64,000 nucleotides of DNA. Origin: a virus. The notes under the pieces were generated by a model. It was not told the DNA's origin and made no database searches. It saw only the letters and a list, made by a program, of their open reading frames with translations. The DNA is taken from IMG/VR virus record IMGVR_UViG_3300020034_000010, positions 7,264 through 71,263 of that record, one strand, 5' to 3'. Shown piece by piece: positions 9,262 to 19,601 of the stretch; the first letter of the stretch is position 1; the number at the start of each line of letters is the position of its first letter. Both the position numbers and the translations under genes were made by a program.

Positions 9262-10068
9262 ATGAGCGTTGACATGGACACAAAGCTTAGGGTTTGGCAG
9301 ATTCGCGCGAAGGCACTAGGCGAAGACGCCGGACGCGCTGCGGGTAGCTGGGCAGCGGACGGGAACACAGATAAAGAGTCGGCCGCGAAGGTACTCTGGA
9401 TGATGCGTGGCGGAGATCCCGCTGCGGTCGATTACCTGCCGCGTCATCCCGATCTGAGCGGAGAAGACGCCGACGGACCTACGCCGCGGTCTGTGCTCGA
9501 AGACGTGGCCGATGAGTCATGGACCGATATCGAATTGCTCGCAGAGGATGAGCAAATCGGGGAATGGATGGACGCGGTATCCGATGCGTGGGAGGAAGGC
9601 GTTTCGGAGACTTTCGAGCTGAGCTGCGAGCGGGAGCTGATCGCGGTCGCTGAGCCCGATAGAGCCGCTGAGGAAGCCGAATTCCTGCGCGGCTACATGG
9701 AATGCGCGTTGTGGTCTTCCAACGATGAGAACGGGAAGCCGCTCGACGACGAATATGTAACGTCGGATGTATCCGACGATCTGAAAGTGCGCATGTCGCA
9801 GGACTGCGCCGCATTTATCCGTACCGTGAGCTGGGAGACGCTAGATCGCTTTAGTGAGGTCACCGGCCGCGATTACGCGTCCCATGGCCATGATTTCTGG
9901 CTTACGCGTAATGGCCACGGCGCCGGCTTTTGGGACCGATACCTAGAGGTCTCGACCATGCCAGACCGCAAGCGCGCCGAGAATCTTGGCGAAGCCATCA
10001 GCGTAGATGCGCGCGCTGCGGGAGAATTCAACATAAACGCCTACGATGGCAGAATCGAGCAGATGTGA
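9262..10068 (+). CDS. Acidic phage protein with GHDFWLTRNGHGAGFWDR motif
   Basis: Widespread phage motif of unknown function; AAAGG RBS. Confidence 0.75.
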   Translation: MSVDMDTKLRVWQIRAKALGEDAGRAAGSWAADGNTDKESAAKVLWMMRGGDPAAVDYLPRHPDLSGEDADGPTPRSVLEDVADESWTDIELLAEDEQIGEWMDAVSDAWEEGVSETFELSCERELIAVAEPDRAAEEAEFLRGYMECALWSSNDENGKPLDDEYVTSDVSDDLKVRMSQDCAAFIRTVSWETLDRFSEVTGRDYASHGHDFWLTRNGHGAGFWDRYLEVSTMPDRKRAENLGEAISVDARAAGEFNINAYDGRIEQM

Positions 10069-10756
10069 TGCGCGTAACCGTAGAGATCGAGACCCAAGAG
10101 CCGGATACCATTGCGGACGGCGCCGGCATGCTCGCAGCTAAGCTGCTGCGGGATGTGGCCAACAGCGCGGAAATAGGCGGCATGGTGAGCGGACCGTTGC
10201 ACCTGCCGCTTACCGGCGAGAGGATCGGCCGATATAGCGTGGATGTGAGCCGGGAGCGCATATAGGTAGGGCTCATACATATGTCTACTGAGGTAGACAT
10301 GCGGCGCCATAGGTGCGAATGTATACCCATGGACACAACGACACATAGGCATAAGGAAGATCAGCAAACCTTCCGCGATTTCCTTGACAATGGCAGCGTC
10401 AAGGATGAGCGCACGTCGTACGACGATGGCAGCACGCGCGAGCCTGATTGGAAAGCCGAGCCCGCAAAGCGGCGCCCATTGGCGCCGTCACCATTCACTA
10501 GGGGGACCAAATGAGCGCAGACGCCCAAACCATCTACCATCCGACGCGCCGGGCTGCTGCTGAGATCCTGGTAGACCAGTACGCGCGCGAATTCGATAGA
10601 GAGCCGGCTGTTGACGCCGCCTATGACCATCTCCGGATCGCAGAGGAAAGCAGAGGCGACACCATCGAGCGCAACGGGATCGCGGTAAGGGTCTCGGCGG
10701 ATGGCTACAGCGTCCGACGCGTGGCGCCGACGACGCAAATTTCCGCCGAGGGCTAG
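10068..10756 (+). CDS. Three small hypothetical genes (10068-10265, 10329-10514, 10511-10756)
   Basis: Coupled or leaderless ORFs. Confidence 0.55.
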
Positions 10757-10792
10757 TCGCTGCGCGGCGCCCAAACGGATAGCAGCAGGTAG

Positions 10793-10814
10793 AGCCCGCT
10801 AGAACGCGGGCTTT
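10793..10814 (+). terminator. Rho-independent terminator
   Basis: AGCCCGC-TAGAAC-GCGGGCT followed by TT. Confidence 0.55.
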
Positions 10815-11405
10815 CCTGTATCTCGGCGCGCGCATAATCACATCCTCACTTCCGCCTAGTCATCCGTAGCAGCATCGGGACATGGCAAATGGCCAGCCTG
10901 ACGGCTTGGCTCGTGGCACTGGGAGCGGGATTGGAGCAGCTCTAGCCGCTTGATAGATGGGATGGGAAACGGCGCTGATTTTCGGGGAAACGTGGCGGAA
11001 TTCGGAAATGCGATGGCACGATCCTGTCCTACCCAGCCATTCCCGCCACGAGCCCACGCCTACGCCTATCGTCAGTCCGTATGGGACTGTACGTAGACCC
11101 CCCCGGTTTTTTCGGCACAACGGCGCCGGCTCAGATTTACCTCATCGGACCCACACGGTCGCTACGCCCCCAAGCCAGAATTCGGGTGTGTCATGTCTCC
11201 AAAACGAACAAATGCAACACCCCCTGGGGATGGGTGCGGAACCCCCACACATCCCCCTAAAAGTGATGTAAAACGACGATTCAGTCGTTATTTAAGGGTG
11301 TACTTATGCGCGCCTCCCCCCTCTGAAGAAGTTGGCGCCTTGTGAAACTGCGGCTGGGTAAGGAAGAGGCTTTTGGGCGCCGGCCCGCGGCTGTAGGCTC
11401 GGGCT

Positions 11406-11621
11406 GTGAAGCGATCGACGTGGGTCCTGCTGGAGAGCGTGCTGGCCGAGCTGCTGGAGCGGCGCCGGCGGCTGGAGGCCGAGACGATCGAGGTTGGCGG
11501 CGAAGTGCTGCCCGCGGAAGGCTGGATCGCAGAGGAGTGGTTCGGCAAGATCCCGCCGGTGGAGTCTCCGGAGCTGGCGAAGGCGCTGGAGGACCTCCGC
11601 GACAGCGAGGTATTCGATTGA
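11406..11621 (+). CDS. Small hypothetical protein
   Basis: 71-aa ORF with typical codon usage. Confidence 0.55.
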   Translation: MKRSTWVLLESVLAELLERRRRLEAETIEVGGEVLPAEGWIAEEWFGKIPPVESPELAKALEDLRDSEVFD

Positions 11622-11831
11622 TACCCTGGCCGGCGGAGCGGCGCCGTTGACGCCAGTGGGGCTGGACCGGGGTCGGCTTATCATGAGAGCGGCCCGGGGC
11701 CATGAGACAGAGCCTCCCGATAGAAGTCCGTCGAGCAACCCGGTCTGTGGCGGACCTCTCTTCTGCGGGGACCGGGGGCATCGCTCACCATTTGCTACTC
11801 TGCGCGCGTAAACGAGACCCAGGAGGTAGAA

Positions 11832-12362
11832 ATGAAGCACTGGTTCGCCGCAATTCTCGCCGCGCTCATCGTCGTCGTCGCCGGTTCAGCTCTCGCATCC
11901 GTCCCCGGCGGGGGGACGAATTTCGTAGCTCAAGACCCTGCCGTGACGGCGATCGCCTCTGGTCAGACCCCGGCCACCGGCGGCGGCGCGGAAGCCTGCC
12001 ACTGGAAAGCCGAAGAAATGGTCTACTGCCAGGGCGAAGGAATCACCTTTACGCCGGCGAGCGATGCGACCTGCCTGGTCGGCGCCAGCATCGGGTTGGT
12101 CGGCGAGCCGATGGGCGAAAAAGCCGGGCTGCTCGACGGCGTTGAGTACGGGATCGGGCTCCACTACGAAGGCGCCGATCATCAGGTTGACCAGAATGGG
12201 CTGGCGGCGACCCCCAGCTACCAGAGCTATGCGACCATGCCCCGGACCCGATTGGTCCCCGTCGAAGCCGGCAAGGAATACTCGCTGGAGGTCTGGATTC
12301 ATTCGACTGCGGCCTCCCACGGGACGGCCTACTGGTACCTGAGCTACGTCTGCTTCGGTTGA
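11832..12362 (+). CDS. Secreted or surface protein
   Basis: AGGAGG RBS; signal peptide MKHWFAAILAALIVVVAGSALA; upstream TG-n-TACTCT -10. Confidence 0.75.
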   Translation: MKHWFAAILAALIVVVAGSALASVPGGGTNFVAQDPAVTAIASGQTPATGGGAEACHWKAEEMVYCQGEGITFTPASDATCLVGASIGLVGEPMGEKAGLLDGVEYGIGLHYEGADHQVDQNGLAATPSYQSYATMPRTRLVPVEAGKEYSLEVWIHSTAASHGTAYWYLSYVCFG

Positions 12363-13147
12363 TCTCTCTGCTGATCACCACGCCCGGCCGGTCGGGGCTT
12401 CTCCAACGGAGCCTCGACCGCTTGGCGGAATTGACCCTCCCTACCCAGCTAGTCGTCATCGACGACGCTTCCGAGGAAGGCGAAACCCTGGTGTGGGTCG
12501 TCGAGCAGTTTGAGGATCGGACGGGGTGCCCCAGCGTCTATGCGCGCACGGAGACCTCCAACGGCAACTGCTGCGTGCCGCGGAACCTGGGGCTCGCGCT
12601 CTGTAGCGAGCCGATGGTGGCCTTCGCGTGCCCGGAGATGTACTTCCTCACCGATGTGGTCGCGCGACTCCAGCACGCGCCGCCGGATGAGCTGACACTG
12701 GCCGGTGCGATCTACTACGGCGTGAGTGATGACGATCGCCAGCGTCCCTTCGACCTGGAGCGCTCCGGCGACGGCAAAGCCAACGCCCCGTACATCGCGG
12801 CGACAGCCCGCGAGAACCTGATCAAGATCGGCGGCTGGGATGAGCGGTTCACCGGCTGGGGCACCGACGACCTGGACCTGATGGCGCGCCTCGACGAAAT
12901 CGGCGTCCACCGGGCCTGGGACATGGAGGCGGTCGCCCTGCACCAGTTCCATGGCGACGGCGGCGGGCCGGAGGAGAAGGGCCGGCAGGCGAAGGCCAAC
13001 TCGGTGATCCTCGATCGCAAACCGTTTACCCATGGCGCGGCGTTCCACGTTTGCAGCGAAGAGTGCCTCGTGGGCCGGGGTGTGAAGATAGTACGAGACC
13101 CTGAGTTCTTTACACCGCAAAATGCGGCATCTCTAGCTAAGGGATAA
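12359..13147 (+). CDS. Glycosyltransferase family 2
   Basis: VVIDDAS; RNLGL; IGGWDERFTGWGTDDLDL..RL...HQFH (GT2 with GT7-C-type motif). Confidence 0.85.
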   Translation: MISLLITTPGRSGLLQRSLDRLAELTLPTQLVVIDDASEEGETLVWVVEQFEDRTGCPSVYARTETSNGNCCVPRNLGLALCSEPMVAFACPEMYFLTDVVARLQHAPPDELTLAGAIYYGVSDDDRQRPFDLERSGDGKANAPYIAATARENLIKIGGWDERFTGWGTDDLDLMARLDEIGVHRAWDMEAVALHQFHGDGGGPEEKGRQAKANSVILDRKPFTHGAAFHVCSEECLVGRGVKIVRDPEFFTPQNAASLAKG

Positions 13148-13204
13148 ATCCACACACTTCGTAAGTGTGTATGTTGCGCAGGCAATCGAGACCGGAGGAC
13201 CAGT

Positions 13205-13602
13205 GTGTGGCGCTCAATCGATACGAGGACCTTGGCGAAGCGACCCCGGGTGGCGCGGGTGAATAACCCGACGGATCTGCCCGTCGTCGCCATTCGCAAC
13301 TACGACGGCCAGCAGGTCGAGGCCGAGATCGTGTATCAGAAGGGCTTCGTCGAGCTGACCTTCACCGAGGAGTTCGAGGGCGAAGTGGCCCTCGCGCTGC
13401 CGGCATGACCGACATCTGGCGCGCAGTTCAGACCGACACCGGCATCGCGCAGGTGCAGAACCCGACCGACCTGCCGATCGTCGCCATTCGTGACTCGCAG
13501 GGCAAGTCAGTCGAGGCCGACATCGCCTACCACGAGGACTACGTGATCATCAACTTCGGCGGTCGGTTCGTCGGCGAGGTCGCTTTCGGGGTGGCAGCGT
13601 GA
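13205..13602 (+). CDS. Tandem paralogous small beta proteins (13205-13408, 13405-13602)
   Basis: Shared NPTDLP[VI]VAIR..G..VEA.I.Y....V...F...F.GEVA. Confidence 0.75.
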
Positions 13603-14883
13603 GTCAGATTCTCGTCAAGAGGCACCTGGGCAAGGTCGGTGACACGGTGAGCGTCGGCGGCGCCGTGATCCTGCCGATCGACGACTTGGAGCTGATCGGC
13701 TTCGCCGCGACCGCGACGATCGTAACTGTGGACGTTGGCAAGCAGGATGAGCTAGTCGCCAAGCTGCGGGCCGAGGGTCACGAGGTAAGGGTGGTTCCGT
13801 GAGCTTCCCAGAGGAGGCGTGGTTCGTCTCGGTCAAGGAGGATGGCTCACTAGACCGCAACTGGGGCGGCGACTGCGAGGAAGCGGGCGAAACGCCCCAG
13901 GAGCTTCTGATGGGCGACGGGACGCGGATCGTCAAGGTAATGCCGGTATCCGAGGCGCGGCAGCCCCTCGACCGTATTGCCGATGCGATTACGGCTTGCC
14001 GGGAGATCGAGAACGATCGCCACGATGAAACCGTACTCGTCGGGGACCCAACCACAAGCCAGGCTGCACAAGTGGCGGTTTCGACTGCCGAATCGATTCG
14101 ACATGTACTGGAGGCTTTGTGAGCGGAATGGAGACACAGGCGCACGTCAAGTATCACGCCGCAGAAGCTCGGAGATGGGCAGAAGCGGCCGATAACGAGG
14201 CTGTGGGCTCTGGCGGTGACGCTGGTCTTGCCGGTGACACTGCCAACGGTGAGTTCTCCTGGAAGCGTGCTGGTGTGTTCGCCGGGGTCTCTCAGGCTCA
14301 TGGAACCGCGGCGCTGGCGACCGTCCTGGGCGAGGGGTACATCTCGGGAGAGATGGAGATGGTCAAATTCGCCGGTCAGCAGGAGCCAGTGCCGATCGGC
14401 GCCGCGGCCGAGACGCTCGCCAAGAAGTTCTGGCAGCTCCGGATCACCGACGGGGAAAACCTGGAGCCGTGGGACGAGCTGAGCGACGAGGAACAGAAGA
14501 AAAAGCTCACCATGGCTGCCACGATGATCCAGGACACTCTTCTCCCGCTCATAAAGCCCTCTTCTACCCAGCCGGCTGTTCCGGTGGTGCCAGCGCCCGG
14601 GGTGCCCGCCCGAGGCGTGTTGACGGCCGGTCAGCGGGTCTTGGCGGTGCCGACGGGAGGCCATGTGTGGCCAGCGGTTTTGAAGACCGGCGTTGGGGCT
14701 CCCTATGAAGGTGTGGCAGGCGTGGTTGAGAGAATTGACCCCGAGAGCGACTTGATCAAGGTCCTGGTTGATCCGCAGGCTGGTGGGCAGGTTGGTCCGA
14801 CCGTTCAGTTACATCGGGAGCAGCTTCGTATTCCCGCGCCGCCGCCGCCGGAACCTCCGGGCGAGCCGAGGATGTCGGGATGA
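13599..14883 (+). CDS. Three coupled hypothetical genes (13599-13802, 13799-14122, 14119-14883)
   Basis: GTGA overlaps between genes. Confidence 0.65.
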
Positions 14884-15455
14884 GCGAGCTGAGCCTGGGC
14901 AGCAAAATCGTTATCGGCGACGACTTCGAGGCCGACCTCCGGTTGGACTTCTTCTTCTGTCCGGATCACGGCATCTTCATACCCAGCCGCTTTTCCATGG
15001 ATTGGACCACCGACGAGGGGTGCCCGGCGTTGATGTCCGACGAGGAACAGTGTGGGAAGACCATGCGCTCGGTCAACTTGGCCGACTGGCAAAAAGCGAC
15101 CGTGCGGATCGAGGTCAACCGGAAGACCTACGAGATTCCCACGAAAGCTGTCTCGGGGAAGGCCCTGCGCGAGCTGGCGGAGATCCCCGAGGATGAGGAT
15201 CTGCTCGGTAAAGGTGAGCCCCATGAGGGCGAGCTGGGCGATGACGGGTGCTACCTGCTGCCGCCAGGCCAGCTAATCCATCCACAGGAAGGCATGGAGT
15301 TCTTCAGCGTGGCCAAAGACCGGACCCTGGTCTTCGCTGGCATCCCGATCGAGGTCGATCCGAGCTTGGCGCCGAACCGCATCCGGCTGGTGACGGGTGT
15401 GGCCGAGAAGGTCTTCAGAATCGAGGGCGAAGAGATGATCGAGGAGACACAGTGA
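14880..15455 (+). CDS. Multi-ubiquitin (Multi_ubiq-like beta-grasp) domain protein with N-terminal Cys/His cluster
   Basis: VRIEVNRKTYEIPTKAVSGKALRELAEIPEDEDL...LI...EGMEFFSV fits the bacterial multiubiquitin pattern. Confidence 0.6.
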   Translation: MSELSLGSKIVIGDDFEADLRLDFFFCPDHGIFIPSRFSMDWTTDEGCPALMSDEEQCGKTMRSVNLADWQKATVRIEVNRKTYEIPTKAVSGKALRELAEIPEDEDLLGKGEPHEGELGDDGCYLLPPGQLIHPQEGMEFFSVAKDRTLVFAGIPIEVDPSLAPNRIRLVTGVAEKVFRIEGEEMIEETQ

Positions 15456-18400
15456 GCGACCCAGTTCTGATCGCGCGCCTGCGTTTTCTCGCGGACGTAA
15501 TGGAAGGCCCGTGCAAGGAGCACGTTGCCACCATGCCCAACGACGAGATCGACTCGACGCTGAAAATGTGTCAGGACTTCCGCGAGTCGGCCGACCAGCT
15601 CGAAGCTCAAGGCGAACTGCTGGCCCTGGTCCTCGACGAGATGGCCGCGGCGACCAACCGGGATCTTGCAGCCGACGGTGCCGTTGGTGACGAGGAGGGT
15701 GTGGTCTGGGCGAAAATTGAGAAGGCCGCTGGCGAGCTGCGCCTGCGGGTGATCGGTTCCGATGCTATGCCGGCGGGTATGACCTTTGCCTGGATAAAAG
15801 ACCGAGAGAAGGAACAGGCGCGCGATGGATCAGAGTGACATCCGCATCGGGGCGATATTCGCTTCCGCAGGGGGGTGGAACAAATTCGTCAAGGTGAAAA
15901 CGGTCGATCTGGAGCGCAAGCGGTTGGAATTCGCGTGGCTGGGTCGTGGTGGAGAGCGCGGTACTTACGTCGGTATGGGCTTCATCGAATTCTGCGACGG
16001 GCGCTTCGTGCAGCAGTCGGAGCGAACCGCCGAGGACTTTCGCGAGCACCTAGAGCTGAAGATGCAGGAAGCGGGCGGCTGGACTGAACCGATCGGGTTC
16101 GTTGCGCTCGCCGGACTCCACATCGCCGAGGCAATCGATGGGCTCGCAAACGCTGTTCGAGGCACCAACAAGGAGGCTCGCAAGAGTCGGGAAGGCGGTC
16201 CTGGATATGGCTCGTGATCTGAAGCCGGCTGAAGACCAAGACCGTTACGGTCACTACTCACCCCCGCGCGAGGAGGTTCGCCCCGACGGCAAGGGGTTCG
16301 GCGCCAGCTTCGCGTGGATCTACGGTGACGCGATCGGCAAAGCGCCCGACGGCCTGATCGAGAGCGCCCTCGGGAAACTCGCTGACCGAGAGAAGCTGCT
16401 GGGTGATCTGCTGGGCCGGGTCGAGCGCAAGCACGAGGCAAAGATCAAGGAGTTGAGCAAGCCGCTCGAAGAAGCGCGTCACGAGCTTCAGGCTGCGCAG
16501 ATCCTGATCAACAACATGCGCGCCCCACTCGCGCCCGTCGAGTACCCGGAGAAGGCGTATGGATCGCCTCGCTGAAGAGCTTCTTGAGTCCGCGGAGCTA
16601 GTCGATCGCTGTATCTGTTGTGGCAGTGAGCGAACTCCCCGGATGCGCCGCACGATCAGTCGCGAGCTGGGCGGCGTAGCGGCGAGCGCGAAGTTCACCG
16701 TGGAGTACTGCGCCGACAGCGTGGCCTGCGGCGAGTGGCGCGCGATGGAGATAATGGACACCATGGCGGCGACCTTCCTCCAACTGGAGCTTCGCCGGCG
16801 AGGCACGAGCATCATGGATCTCGGCGTTCCCGACTCTGAATAAACCAAAAGGAAGAGGACAAAGTGCATATCAACGTGAGGCAGGAAGTGGGCGACGATG
16901 GGTCGCACACCACCTGCGTCTGGGTTGTCGGTGACGACGGCGAGACGCAGAAGACCAGTTACCTCAAGGACGGCGAACAGGTCTCGGTCGAGGTCGGCTT
17001 CACTCAGGCCAGTCAGTCGGCGTCCGTCGGCGAGGTCGAACCGTTCGGCAACGACCCGGCGCAGCCCTCCCCGCCGCCGACGGAGCCCCCGCCTGCCTAA
17101 TGCAGTTCGACATGCTGTACACCCCGCTTGATCTGAGCCTCCAGATCGCATTGACGACCTGGACCGGCACCCCTGGCCACGCCAGTCACTGGCGCGTGGA
17201 CAGTAAGGGTCAGGACGGGGCTGTGCGGTTGTTGCTCGGCCGGGGGGACTCCGACGTTCTCCCCGGCTTCAATCTCTTCCTGGTCCCCGGTTCGGCCGAG
17301 GACCTTACGTCCTGGGTTGCGCGTTGGCTTGGGCAGGCGAAGATGCCGGAGGTAAGATTCGAAGGCGACGGCGAAAACAAACCTTCGCATCGGATCTATA
17401 GCGATGCCCGTAACGGCGTCGGCACACACGAGGACGCGCTTGCGAGCCCGAACGTGCTCTGCGCGATCGAACCGGTCTGGGAGTACATCGGAAAGTGACG
17501 CTCCGATGGCTGTACTTAGCGGCTGGTGCCCCGACGGCCACAAGATCGAGGTCTCGATTATGAGCTGCGACGTTCGCCGCGAAGGCGAGGATGGCGTCGT
17601 GGCTGTCACCGGGATCGAGGACGTAACCTGTCAGTGCGGTAAGCTGATGACAGACCTGGAGGTTGAAGAGTGATACTCAGGCCCGGCATGGTCGTCTTGG
17701 TTCCTTCCAGCGGAGGCTACGCGCCTGACGCGACCGAACCCGAGTTGCTGCGGGTGGTGTCGATCGGCGGCGTACAGGGTTGTTTCGTGGAGTCCCTTAC
17801 CTATGGCGACAGCAGGGAATTTCCCCTGGACTGGGACTGGGTGGTGAATGCAGGTAATCTCAGCCGAGTGCTCGATGCGGCGACAGGCAGGGGCGGTGCG
17901 TTCCGAGAGGACTCCAAGAAGATCGGCGGCGGCGATCTGTTCGTATTCCCCCCGGAGATCCCCGAGCGTGCCTCTCCGCCTGAGGAGGGCTTCGACCTGG
18001 AAGACGGACACCTGCCATGGCTCCTCAGTTCGAAAATCAGCCTCGGCCTCGGTCTCACGGCTCTGGTGGTGTCGCTGGCTGCGATCGTGATCGCTACGGT
18101 GCCGAAGTGAAATTCCGCGCCACGAGCTACTCGATGGGAGTTGTGATCGGGCAGGCCACCTTCGAGGCCGAGAGTTATGGCGCCGCCCGCCGGCACCCGA
18201 AGGTTCGGGCTCTGCCCGCGGGCGCTCAGGGGGAGCGCGGCAAGGTGCAGGCGATCGGGATCAAACTCCTTCGATGAGTGACGGTTCGAGAAGCCATACC
18301 GCTCAGCGAGCAGGCTGGGACTGTTCTCCTCTTGCTCGCGGAAGGACACCGAGCCGACGTGAAGGTAGGATCGAGCTGGTATCCAACCAGGGTCTTCCGA

Positions 18401-18927
18401 GACGCAGATGGGAACCTGAGCATCAACGTGCAGGGCGCATCAGTGGCAGCTCTTCGCCGGCGCGGCCTAGCGATCAAGGCGAAGGGCGCCTGGGGATTGA
18501 CGCAGGAGGGCTGGGCTGTGGTCGAAGGCCAACTGGAGACGCCGCCTAAATGAAAGAGTGGATCATCATCAACGACGAGGGCGAGACCTTCTCCGGCGTT
18601 GCCGACAGTAAGCCTGTGTTCGGTGCCAAGGCCGCGGTCTTCGATTTGAAGTCGAAAGCTGACGAGCGCGCAGGGGCGCTCACCAAGAAGGGGCTGAAGG
18701 TCGAAGTCGGCTGGCGCGAGACCAACGTTCGTCCGGTGGGACCGTAAGTGCCCGAGATGGAAAAATGCCCCGAGTGCGATGTGGAGCTGCCGACGGATGA
18801 TCTTTGGGCACAGGTGGCTCACATGGAGGCAACTCACCCTGGAGTCATCAAGCAGCGACTCAAGGACGCGGGGTTCGAGGAGCAGCCTGACGGTAGCTGG
18901 GACGATTTGCTGGCGGTTCCCGAATGA
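15452..18927 (+). CDS. Run of ~12 small coupled hypothetical genes
   Basis: e.g. 15452-15838, 15825-16217, 16207-16575, 16559-16843, 16864-17100, 17100-17498, 17670-18110 (C-terminal TM), 18278-18553, 18550-18747, 18757-18927 (CxxC...H...H). Confidence 0.6.
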
Positions 18928-19442
18928 GCGAAATCATCGCCGGCGAAGGAACGATCGTCCCCAACGACGTGAGCTGTCACTGTGACCTGCACATCGAGAA
19001 GTACTGCTCGATCGCGTCGGGTCTACGGATCGTCTCTGGCCAGCACCCCGCGGTCGCCTATCCCGACTGCATTTCGAACTTCCCCTTCAAGGAGCACGGC
19101 TGGGCCGAGTGGTATCCGCCGAGCAAGCACGGTGGGCTCGTGGACATCGGCTCAGACGTGTGGATTGGCGAGGCCGTGGCGATTATGGACGGGGTGGTCG
19201 TCGGGCATGGCGCTGTGCTCGCGGCTGGCGCCATGGTCGTCAAGGACGTGCCTCGTTATTGCGTTGTGGCCGGGAACCCGGCGAAGGTCGTCAAGCAGCG
19301 GTTCACCGATGACCAGTGTGACCGCCTCTGTGAAATCGCCTGGTGGGACTGGCCTCGGGAACGGATTGAAGCCTGGCTGCCGTCCATGACTAACGTCGAG
19401 GAGTTCTGCCGAGATGCTCCTGTTGCCGAGGGGCTGAGGTAG
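18924..19442 (+). CDS. CatB/Vat-related hexapeptide O-acetyltransferase
   Basis: YCSIA, ISNFPF, IGSDVWIG, VVAGNPAKVVKQRF, IAWWDWP. Confidence 0.88.
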   Translation: MSEIIAGEGTIVPNDVSCHCDLHIEKYCSIASGLRIVSGQHPAVAYPDCISNFPFKEHGWAEWYPPSKHGGLVDIGSDVWIGEAVAIMDGVVVGHGAVLAAGAMVVKDVPRYCVVAGNPAKVVKQRFTDDQCDRLCEIAWWDWPRERIEAWLPSMTNVEEFCRDAPVAEGLR

Positions 19443-19601
19443 CGATGCTGCCCAAACTCATCCTCGCCTTCGCCGGCGTCGTTCTATGCGCTGTCATCGT
19501 CTATTGCTCAGGGTGCAATCTCCACGAGCAACACGAAAGGGAACGTTGCGAACGAGGCCAGATCGCCAGTTGCCCTGTTACCCCCGGGCGGTGATAACAG
19601 C

